DNA from: Schmidtea polychroa
Lineage: Eukaryota
Direction: 5' to 3'
Assembly: GCA_044892525.1 (NCBI GenBank)
Contig: CM097885.1
Span: 32,676,001-32,740,000 of the forward strand
DNA length: 64,000 bases
In this document: piece after piece, positions 35,201-47,200 of the stretch
Position numbering within the stretch: the stretch's first letter is position 1
Layout of the letters: each line of letters begins with the position of its first letter
Notes under the pieces: model-generated
The model's input: the letters and a program-made list of their open reading frames with translations, nothing else
Database searches by the model: none
Told to the model about the DNA's origin: nothing
Made by a program: the position numbers and the translations under genes

Positions 35201-36516
35201 ACAAAATGGTGAAACACTAAATGACTTATGTTCTGGATTTAGAGATTTCTTATTAAAACATGAATTATAGAAGAAAATGAACCAGACAAAATGGTGAAAC
35301 ATTGCTATGTTCGGGATTTCTTAAATGAATTAGCTGATTGTGGGTGTCCTTCAACATGAATGTTTACTTAAATTATGTAAACTTTCAACGAATGTCAAGA
35401 AAAATGGGAAAAAACCGATGTTTTATCAATTAGATATTGTAAAGTACTACCTGAAGAATATTATTATTAATGTAAGACATGAATTAATTCTTTAAAATAT
35501 ATATATATTATATTTAGGTATCTGTGTTTTATGGTGGGAAATGACATTGAAAAGTATACCACAAATAACAGTTGCCTAATTTATCAAGCCTGTGACGATA
35601 AAATGTTAGATAATGTAAGTTAATTGCTTTTAAATCAATATAAATTTTAGCAATGATAGTTGACGCCGCATCAGAAACTAAGAAATATGTCCAATTCGCA
35701 AGATGTATTCCATGAAATCACTATCAAATGGCCTGATGGAGAGATTAATTTTGAGATAGATTACCAACAGAAGAGCGAGAAAAATTTGTAAATTAAATAT
35801 AATAGGGTTGGGTGGGTCCTCTTTATCCCTTAATTAATATATATTTACAAGCTGATCGTCGTGGTGGGCGGTTGTAATCCAACTAGTGGGAGGCCTCTGT
35901 AAATATATATTTGTGTTAGTGAAAACATTAATTAATTTGGTTATAGTGCCAATGACGCATGTATTTTGAAATTATACGTTTCGAATGTGCTGGTAGTTGA
36001 CTACCCATGCTAGGCGTAATGTTCCATACGGAAAACTATAATGCCCAGGTTCTTCTGACCCCACTTGGGGGAGGCACAGACGACCCTTGTGGACGCGAAC
36101 AAATATCCACCGTGTCTTTCAGGCACAGATATTTGGTCACTGCTCATTAGGCCTGGCAATACTAAATGCATTAACTTTGCCTTGTCCTCTCTTGTCTTGA
36201 TTTTTTTTCGTTTAAATAGTATGTGTGATAAGTTTTATTTACTAACCTTAATAAACCATAATATGCTTTAAAATCGAAAACCTTTGAGTGTGAGTAGTAC
36301 CTTTGTGAGCAATACCCATAGGGGGACAGAATATTTTGTCGGATAGACTAGGAGTATATACACCAATGTTAAACAAGGTATGTGTATATAGAATGTGTAT
36401 ATAAAATTATCGCTCCTTATTGACAACTTACTGTAAAGGCAAACACAGAATACTGCAAACATAATAATACTCTACCCCATAACTTAGTATGTAAAAATTA
36501 TTTAAGGTTTTTTCAC

Positions 36517-36532
36517 TAATAATAATAATAAT

Positions 36533-36622
<90 letters not shown>

Positions 36623-37145
36623 GTTTAATGGGTTGTATATGTGTGTAAAAAATATTTGAGGTTTTCACGAATATTGATAATAATAATGGTTTATGAGTGT
36701 TTTTATGTTTTTGACTAATATTTGCAATAATAATAATGGTTAATGGGTTGTGTGTGTGTGTGTAAAAATATTTTAGGTTTTTAATATTGATAATAATAAT
36801 AATAATGGTTAATGGGTTGTGTGAGTGTAAATAATATTTTAGGTTTTTGACTAATATTTGCAATAATAATAATAATAATAATAAGTTTAATGAGTTGTAT
36901 GTGTGTGTGTAAAAATATTTTAGGTTTTTAATATTGATAATAATAATAATAATGGTTAATGGGTTGTGTGTGTGTGTGTAAAAAATATTTTAGGTTTTCA
37001 CTAATAATGATAATAATAATGGTTAATGAGTTGTGTGTGTGTGTAGAAAATATTTTAGGTTTTTAATATTGATAATAATAATAATGGTTGAGGGGTTGTG
37101 TGTGTGTGTGTGTAAAAAAAATATTTTAGGTTTTCACTAATAATG

Positions 37146-37200
<55 letters not shown>
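36517..37200. repeat. (TAA)n microsatellites flanking a degenerate minisatellite containing (TG)n
   Basis: Repeated AATAATGGTTAATGGGTTGTGTGTG..AAAATATTTTAGGTTTT units between (TAA)n tracts. Confidence 0.9.
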
Positions 37201-37201
<1 letters not shown>

Positions 37202-37446
37202 TCCCGCGCGTGTTAATATCATTCCCAATAATAATGATGATAATAATTTTTATATATCAGTAGATAGATCTCGCACTGGGCCTTAAAATGAGCTATAGAT
37301 CAATAAAATCTGTTGGTGGGAACAATAATTTTTGGGATGAAAAAAAGTAGGTCCCCGCTGGATCACTTAATAATATTTTGAAAAATAATAATAATTTATG
37401 TGTCATCGTATGAGTCATCGAATGAGTCATCGTTCTAAAAATACAT

Positions 37447-37447
37447 G

Positions 37448-37525
<78 letters not shown>

Positions 37526-37720
37526 TTCTTGGGAGTTGTAATAATAATTCTTTGAAAATATCTTAGTCATTATTAATAATACTAATAATACCCTAGCGAG
37601 TTGTTGATTGTGAGCAGTACCCTGGTGACTTGTTGAATGTGAGTAGTACATTTGTGTGCAGTACCCATAGGGGGACAGAATATCTTGTCGGATAGACTAT
37701 GAGTATATAATAATTATAAT

Positions 37721-37811
<91 letters not shown>

Positions 37812-39546
37812 CTTAGAAACTAAAAACTTAGAAAATAATAATTATTTTAATAAATGACCTTGAAAAATTAAATGACCTTGAAAAGTAAATGACCTTGAAA
37901 ATTAAATGACCTTGAAAATAATAAATGACCTTGAAAAAATAAATGACCTTGAAAAAATAAATGACCTTGAAAAAATAAATGACCTTGAAAATAATAAATG
38001 ACCTTGAAAATAATAAATGACCTTGACCTTTTATTAAAAATTTGACCTTGACCTTGATGAGTCATCGTTCTAAAAATATTAGACATCGTTGGGTGAGTCA
38101 TTGGGTGAGTCATTCTCTTTGTTAATATTAATGATGATGATACCTTCTATGGCTCATTCGAAAGGTCTTGGACTGAGCTTTAAGATGAGGTATCGTCCAA
38201 TAAATTCGGATAATGGGAACATTAATTTTTGGGATGAAAAAGAGTAGGGGCCCGCCAGACCACTTAATAATTATATGACCTTGAAAATGATTTTTGGTAA
38301 AATGTTAATAACTTTGTCAATAATAATGATGATGATACCTTCATTAGCTCATTCGAAAGGTCTTGCATTGGGCTTTAAAATGAGGTATCGTCCAATAAAA
38401 TCCGTTGGTGGGAACATTAATTTTTGGGATGAGAAAAAGTATGTCACCGCCCGGCCAATTAATAATATTTTGAATAATAATAATAATTTAACGTTGAAAA
38501 GATGGTGGTCATCAATTGTTAATAACTTTGTCAATAATAATGATGATGATACCTTCTATGAATCAATCGAAAGGTCTTGCATTGGGCTTTAAAATGAGCT
38601 ATCGTTGAATAATTATCGTTGTCGGGAACTCTGTACATTTAAATTTTAAAATATGACCTTGAAAAAATAAATGACCTTGAAAAAATAAATGACCTTGAAA
38701 AAATAAATGACCTTGAAAAAATAAATGACCTTGAAAAAATAAATGACCTTGAAAAAAAATAAATGACCTTGAAAAAAATAAATGACCTTGACCTTGACCT
38801 TGAAAATAATATTTTGAAAAATAAATGACCTTGAAAAATGGTCTCGGTAAAACTTTAATAACTTTGCCGATGTTAATGATGATGATACCTTCTATGGCTC
38901 ATTTGAAAGGTCTTAGACTACGCTTCAAAATAAGCTATCGATTAATAAATTCGGATAATGGGAACATTAATTTTTGGGATGAGAAAAAGTATGTCCCCGC
39001 CCGGCCAATTAATAATATTTTGAATAATAATAATAATTTAACGTTGAAAAGATGGTGGTCATCAATTGTTAATAACTTTGTCAATATTAATGATGATGAT
39101 ACCTTCTATGGCTCAATTGAAAGGTCTTAGACTACGCTTCAAAATAAGCTATCGATTAATAAATTCGGATAATGGGAACATTAATTTTTGGGATGAGAAA
39201 AAGTATGTCCCCGCCCGGCCAATTAATAATATTTTGAATAATAATAATAATTTAACGTTGAAAAGATGGTGGTCATCAATTGTTAATAACATTAAAACTA
39301 TTAAAGATATATATGATACCTATAGCTCATTCGAAAGGTCTTGGACTGGGCTTTAAGATGAGGTATCATCCAATAAAATCCGTTGGTGGGAACATTAATT
39401 TTTGGGATGAAAAAAAGTGTGAGCCCGCCAGGCCAATTAATTAAAACAAAAAATTAAAAAAAAAAATTTTTTTTCCCGGGGGGGGGGGGGAGGGGGTATA
39501 TGTGATGCGGGGAGCTCCTGATCTGGGGAGCTCCAATCCTACTACT
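37447..39546 (-). repeat. Right composite TIR
   Basis: TGACCTTGA arrays; GGAACATTAA recurs at 38961, 39175 and 39389 (period 214). Confidence 0.85.
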
Positions 39547-40079
39547 CCAGTTGCTTGCCACAGGAAGGAAAATTGGTTAGTCAAACTGTCCTAAGGATTT
39601 ATTACTAAGAAATCAAGGCTAGTCCTAATTTGCACCAACAAAACGATATATATGATAAGGTAAAAGAGGAGCGATGTTTACAGAAGTTTAACGCGATAGT
39701 ATTGACCCAGACATTTTTTGATTTCTTGGCTTAATTTTAATCCCTCGGTAAGACAGTATCAAATATGATTACTGATACTCTTTTTATAAAAATTTGAATC
39801 AAAGAATAATTTCGTACCAAACGATTTCAATTGAATATCCACGCAATATAATTTCCCAAGTACTGTTGATAAGAGTAAATAGTATTTCCAAATACGCTTT
39901 CTAAATAATTTCTAAATGGATTTCCTAAATATCAAAATCAAAAATTGATTTTTATTGCTAGAATTTTTGTCTCGATCTGAAAATTATTTCTCAATTGACC
40001 AATTAAATTTTTCTAGATTGTACAATTTTGTTATCGTTTCTCGATTAGTATTTATCTCCTCTTTTAATAAAATTTATCT

Positions 40080-40127
<48 letters not shown>

Positions 40128-40941
40128 CAAAATTCAAAGTCCTTCACTTGAATCTTATCGCATGCGTTCGAAAATCAAAAATTGGTATATGAATGAGTTC
40201 AGTAAAAAGAACGAGTAATTAATTTTAGTTCATAAGAACGATTTATTTATTAGAAAATTTCTCAATACACAATATGGGGCATGAAAATACGATTGTCGTT
40301 GAGTAAATGACCTTGTTGAGGATTTGGCTTAATTTTGACCTTGACTTGATTTGCATTTCGAGAACGGGATGTTGCGACATAGAATTGCCCATGCGAAAAC
40401 ACTGAAGTTTGAAGACTTATGCCGACAAAAATATATCATATAAAAAGAATGTCATAATAAACTACTTACAATTGTTAATAATATAATTATAATTTTTTTT
40501 AAATAATCATAGTAAGCATTGAGCGTTACAGAATCAGTGAGTAAGTGAGTGACCTGGTCCTTTATATTGCATATTATTAGTAATATCAAATAATTAAAAT
40601 TACTTTTTTATTTATTTATAGTAATATTAAATTACTTTAGATACTTATTATTAATTAATTTCCAGAAATAGTAATAATAAATTAATTATTTTATAATATA
40701 CTAAAAAGATAGTGATTTGTAGTGGTTCGAATTGCTCTAACTCCTATTGAACCCTAACATTATATTAGATTACACCAGTTTTTATATTTAATCAATGAGA
40801 ATTTTAATAAAAATAAATCTAGAATTTTCCAATCAATTTGTCCTGTTAAAATAAATATGTCCCTTCTAACAGTCTTATTGCAGAATCAATGAAATCGTTT
40901 TGGGGGAGATGTTGTTTTCTGACAAAATCGGCCATTGATTT

Positions 40942-42627
40942 TGTTGGGCTAGAACCGAGAATCGAGAGCTTGTTTTAATGAATCAAAAATACATAACATA
41001 AAAATCGCACCAAGTTAAATCAAAACACCAATCAATACAAATTAAAGTACATAACACATTGATGATAAATAAGACCCGGGTGATAAAATAAAGGAACGAA
41101 AATAAAGGTCGCAATCACTAACACAATTAGGAGAAACCATCGCATTCGGAATATCTAACAACTAAAAATTAAAATAATAATAAATAAAATAATGAATGTA
41201 TTAATAATATGGAAGATTTCTAAATAAATAAATTTAAAATTTAAAATAAATTATCTAGTAAACTGGAGAAATAATAAAAAATGTATAATGAAAGTAGTAA
41301 AATTAGATAAACCATAAAATTTATAAAACTAAAACTAAAAATAAAACCAACAAAATTATTTAAATTATACAACTTATAAAACCAAATTGTTTAAATTAAT
41401 GAAACTAAAGTAAAATTAACTGAACTTATTTAAATTACAAAACTTGTAAAACTAAATTAAAATTAGCAAAAAACTATTTTGATTATAGAATTTATAAAAA
41501 TAAATCTAAAAAGTTAATAAAAATTAGAATTTTGATTAACTAAATTAATTAAATTAAAAAACAATAATTGCACACATACATGCATGCATGCAAAAATTAA
41601 TCAGAATTGCCTCGCATTCTAATTGGATATAGTAGCAGAGAATGCGTAGGCGTACAATTCAATCAGTATAAACGGATTGAAATTTCAGTTGTTCAACTTG
41701 TTAAATTAGTTTTCAGTTTTACACAACAAATCGTTTGTCAGGTAACGAACATATGCTCTCAATTTTCGATTTTATGCCCTTGTGGATTGGACTGGTAATT
41801 TTATTTTAATATGAAATTTTAGGTAATGTTTTAAGTTAAAAAATTTTTATATTCAATTTAGTTTAGTTTTTTTCATTATTGTTTAATTTCATTTAGTTTC
41901 AATTATATTATTTGTTGATTGTGAACGATAGTAACGTGGAGTTGAGGAACTTCATGTCATGGCATGAGGTGCCTTCGGGAGCTCAGCCGGTGGACATGAG
42001 GTTCTTCAATCACGCAGCTGGATTGGGCCGAAATGTGGGGGCTTCCTCAAGGGTCCTATCGCTGGAAGTACTTTGGCCAAACATAGGTTAGGACTGAGAA
42101 TACAGGCAGATCCCTGCTCAAATTTTTTTGAAGTACAATTTAAATATTATGGGAAGCGCGGATTAACTTGGAAATAAGGGCCGATCCCTGCTCAAATTTT
42201 TTTTGCGGGATAGTTTAAATATTCATAAATATCAAAAGAAATACCTAGCAACCTTTATTAATAGAAAAATAAGGGCGCATCCCTGCACAAAATTTTGAAA
42301 GGAAACAATAGAAAACAACTAGAAATGAAGACCATAACCGAATGAGATAGAAAAGTAAAAATAGAAAATGATCAATGACGTAAGACCTTCTATTGGCCGT
42401 CTAGAACCCGAAGAGAAAATACAATGGGGAGTAGTTTTAGCAATAGAGCTCACCTGCTCATTGTTTTTTCGCCTTTGTGTACAGTACAAACATGGTCGTC
42501 GCCATGGGTACACAAATGGTTAAATTGCAATAGTCATGGAGGTGCTTAGGAAAGAGTCGAGTGAATATATATGATTACCCCTAATGCATTTAAAAATTTA
42601 AAATGACACACCCCTAAGTAACCAACA
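40942..42627 (+). repeat. Solo LTR (1686 bp)
   Basis: TGTTGG...CCAACA termini; 4-bp TSD ATTT (40938-40941, 42628-42631); homologous to 20135-21753; three internal ATCCCTGC(T/A)CAAA repeats. Confidence 0.9.
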
Positions 42628-44205
42628 ATTTTTTGTTATTTTTATATGAAATCATCGAATAATTTTAAAATAAAATTAAACGAAATCAAATCCAAACAAT
42701 TAGTTAGGATTAGAAGTGATAGTAAAAGTTGATATTTAATATGAATTTACAGAAAATAAATGAATAATTATTACAATTTGAATCTGTTGAACGATAAATA
42801 ATAAAGTCAATAAAAATTAATCAATAAAATTTCCATACTCGATAGCTGTACTTTATAAAGGAAGGAGACCAATGGGGAATCCGAGAGATGGTGTTTTTAA
42901 AATGATATATCTCGACAGCTTTCAGAGATATTAGAATAAATGGACGTTAATTGATAAAAGTTAGTTCGTTATTGTTGTTAAACAAGACACACTTTGGAGT
43001 CAGATCAATAATATTTAATTTCACCGAATATTACAACAAATTTAAATTATTATAGCTAGCAAAATAAAGATACGTCGTTTCAGAATTTTGAGAAAAATGA
43101 ACGAGAAGAAATGAAGATATAATCAATCAATAAAATACTACGCATTCATGCGCGTCCGCAGGGGGGGGACAAAAATATTTTTTTACCAAGTAGACAATTT
43201 TTCTATGGGGACGAGTTGAAAAAAATGCATTTTCAATAATAAATATTTGGGGCATTATACAAATAGGACTTTTCCCGTTTATTTACAAAATAGAGCGCAT
43301 CTATTAAAATTTGTTTAAATTAATCGAAAAATAGAATGGGTTTGGAAATCCATGGGAGGACAAGTGCCCCTTTTGGACGCATTCGTTATCAAATCAAAAG
43401 ATAAAACAAACAAATTGAGAAATGGAATTGCATTATGTCGACAGTTACGTATTGTCCACATAAACCAGGAATGAAAAGAGCCATATACCTGCCTACTTCC
43501 ATTACGGACAGTTCCACAATCTAAATTTATTAATCATTTCATTGTCAACATAAACATGCATAGTATTAAAATGAATATAAGGTATTCAATAACAAAGGGA
43601 AATCTTCGTAACTTACCGAATTCCATCCAGAAACTATTACAATTGTATCTGTCAACCATGCCAGGTCTCATACAAAGGGAAATCCAATAGCTAATATTAC
43701 TAATCCTACTATATAATTACGCTCATCACTGATTGGTTAATCCTAACAATATCATAAAATTCTCTCTCACTAATACTATCATAGAATTTTTACAAGAATA
43801 AAGATTTTTGAAAAAGCGCTTTCTAAGTTTATTTTGCAAAATAAAAATTAATTCGATTTTTCTATGTAAGTATAAATTAAATTAATCGACGCAATCAAAA
43901 ATAACTTGAATTAACTTTTAGGCATTCTTTACAACAATATTTATTACGAGCGTAATTATTTTATGATTTGTCAACGGGCGCCTTGCAATTAACTAGTTAG
44001 TAATAACTCAACATCATATTGATACAATTTTTTACCAGAAATAACTGATAAAATATAAAAAATCAAATGAAGAGAAATACGACGTTTTTTATTTAATATC
44101 TGATGTGTAACAAATAAAATGACCAAATAGGAGCAGCGACATCGAATAGATATATATATATATACAACATTTACATCCAATTTATATCATTCATCATTGC
44201 AAATC

Positions 44206-47200
44206 TCAATCATCAAGAACCATCGGGCTAATTATTAAATTCTCCAATTCTTCTATCCTCAACGGATTCACCTGACATCGTAATTCCTCAATGGGTTCCG
44301 GTAGGAATTCGATATTATTATCATCTTCCACCGGTTCACGAATTCTTTTTCTCTCAATTTCTCCAGAATCTCCCCCGATTTCCCCTTCATTATTATTCCC
44401 CCTCTGGCGTTTCAAACCAACTAAATCACTAGCCGTTTTCAATTCTTCCGTCTCTTCGTTACCCCTCCTAACAATCGGCACTAAATCACAAGCACTATAC
44501 AGATCATTTTTATTCAACAATAAAATCTGATCCGGTCTAATAGCTGTCAGCAGTTTCTTACAACTCGGATCGGGTTTGATTAGAATTCTATCCAATGATT
44601 TCTTCGAATCGATAATTATAATTTTCGATACCGGCGGTTTCGTTGTGTTTTCTTTGACAATTTCTATTATTTTCTCATTCACAATGTTCACATTGCTGGT
44701 GTTGCTGCTGTTGCTGCTGGTGATGATGATCTCCTGTTTGATTGATGATAAATTATTGATTTCTTCACATTCACTCGTGTTGCTTTGGATTTGGATGACT
44801 TTTGCCGATTTGTCATGTTTACGGCATTTGTGACGTTTTTGATTGGCTGAATGATTCCTACAATGGGACGTGGAACAATTTCCACAGAAAATCGATGCCA
44901 CTTGACCGCATTCAATGCAGAAATGTTTAGGGCAATACCACAATCCTTTGCAAGCGTCCGACATTCCTACGCACTGGAGATGGTAGCGTTTCTTGCAATT
45001 GGTTTTGTTACATGTAATCAGCTCCCCGTGACACCCGCAACGATGACAAATCACCTTTTCCTTCTCTCGATTATCTACCACCGGGATCTCTTCGATTTTC
45101 GTTGCGGGAACATTGGAACACAATCTATATGTCATGGGTTTCGGTTTCGATTGACTGTGACGCTGGTGGTTAATAGCCGATTCATCGATTATCCGATTGT
45201 CTATGCAACAGCGTGGCACTATTATATTGGTTTTGTTAGCAAACACCGAAGTCGGTCCGAAACTTTTCCGGCAGTTCAAAGCCCGGCAATTACACACGAA
45301 TTCACGCTTCAAAACCACACCGGATTTCTGGTAATCGATAGTGATTTCTTCATTGGCCAATGAACGCAAGGCTACAACAGCCAATCGCAATTCACCGGCA
45401 ACATTCCAACTGACCAATTCCGCATTGGCGTTGCAGGAATGGTTTAAAAATCGCCATTCGTTGCCGTATTTTTCACAGTCTAAAAACAAATTCTGTTCCA
45501 GTTGATAAATGTGATAGGATGGATTGATTAATTCGTTGGATTTCGTTGATAATTCAATTGCTTTATCCTGGGATATCAATCGGCCGCATAACTCGCCGAT
45601 TATGTCGCCCTGAAAATCAATAAAACAACATCTAAAACCGGTGCTATATATTAGTATTGTGAAACCTTTGAGAGACTTTCAAATACTTTCACCGAAGAAC
45701 GATTTGGGAATTCGTTTTCAGTGACAATTGGTTTTGCTTTAAAACCTTCGGTAAATTTCCCTGTGACACATGATGAGGTATGATAATCGCTTGAGACTTT
45801 ATCTCCGTATTTATTGCAATAGTTTCCAGTGCCAGACTCGTTAGTGGGTGAACAGGCACAAATTGTCAGCGGTTTGGAAGGAATTACATTCTGGAAAAGA
45901 TTGGAATTGGCAAAAATGAAAAATATTACGATTTAGAACTAAAATTTTCATAATAGTTTTATTTTAGTCTTTTTAAACATCGATTGAAAGATTTTTCTGA
46001 TAATTTGTCTGTATCAAATAAAAGTACATGAAACTAAATGGATGCGCTATATAACATGTAATCGCAAGCAATGTTCCCTCTAAGCCATAAGCAGCAGTGT
46101 GCGCAAAGTCAGCTGCGCTGAGCAGCCTTTATTTACAAATGAGCGTCAACGTGCTATAACGTGGTTGTAAGAGTTTTAAAACGACACTACTGAAATATAC
46201 CGTTATTATGCATCTGGTTATTAACATTGAAAATTTTTAAATATTCAAAATGAACCACATAATAATATTGAGTATCAAAAATTCGTATTGTTTTATAATA
46301 TGTTAATTGGAAGGTGAAAATAAAATAAAAAATAAAGTATACTGCGCTGGGGTGTTGGAGGTGCTGCGCGCGTGTTCGCGCGCAGCTTAAAGGGAACGTT
46401 GATCGCAAGGTGATTGGATAATTCGTGTGCTTCTTTAAAAAGAACAATACGCAACTTTATTCGAGAAGAATCAAAGGAGAAAGCTTGAAAGAAAGACAGG
46501 AAGCAATCAGATTATCAAGTAAAACGCTATTCGACCGAATAAACACTTTAAAGTAGCTACTCGTAATCTCATTGGATAATTCGTGTACATCTTTAAAAAT
46601 AACTATTCGCAAATAGAAAGCTTGAAAGGAAGACAGTAGTCGGATTATCAAAACATTATTCGACAGAATAAAAGCTTTAAAGTAGCTAATATTTATCTCA
46701 TTGGATAATTCGCGTATATCTTTAAAAAGAACTATTCGCAACTTTATTCGAGTATAATCAAAATGGAAAGCTTGAAAGAAAGACAGGAATTTGTCGACTT
46801 AATGGTACAATAGAATTCTTATATAAAAGAAATAGAATATTTAACAAAAGATTATAAGTCATTTGTTCTAGTTTTTTTAAGGAATGAAAGCCGCTATAAT
46901 ACATAGCTGAGAGAATGTGACTGAATTCATTTAGATAGTATTTACATAAACATACAATTTTCCTTTTTTCATTAACTGTTCGTTTGTAAAAAATACCATT
47001 ATTATTATTTATTAAATATCAATTTATTATATCAATATCGATTTAATTATTTATATTCTTTAACGATATATTTTAATTGATATTTTTTGCCATAATTTAC
47101 TTATTGGATTATTATAGTCTTCATATTTAGGCAGAGCCGTGATACCCTAATTAAGAAACACTGCAATAAAGTACCTACATAAAGTATATGTGTTTAATGA

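Larger units (their letters stand above)
30028..39546. mobile_element. Non-autonomous Polinton/Maverick derivative, 9519 bp
   Basis: Termini AGTAGTAGGATTGGAGCTCCCC / GGGGAGCTCCAATCCTACTACT; perfect 6-bp TSD CCAGTT (30022-30027, 39547-39552); ~2 kb composite TIRs; no intact internal ORF. Confidence 0.88.

Noticed and set aside
33950..36200. Possible Polinton protease remnant (FYYDSF, ~34133) and small spliced exons (~35160-35790)
   Set aside because: Too decayed to assign by eye; needs tBLASTn or HMM search
31127..38113. Poly-Tyr and QGHLFF-repeat ORFs
   Set aside because: Translations of (TTA)n and TCAAGGTCA arrays
43145..43385. Possible MITE with GCGTCC...GGACGC ends
   Set aside because: TIRs are short and degenerate, and no TSD was identified
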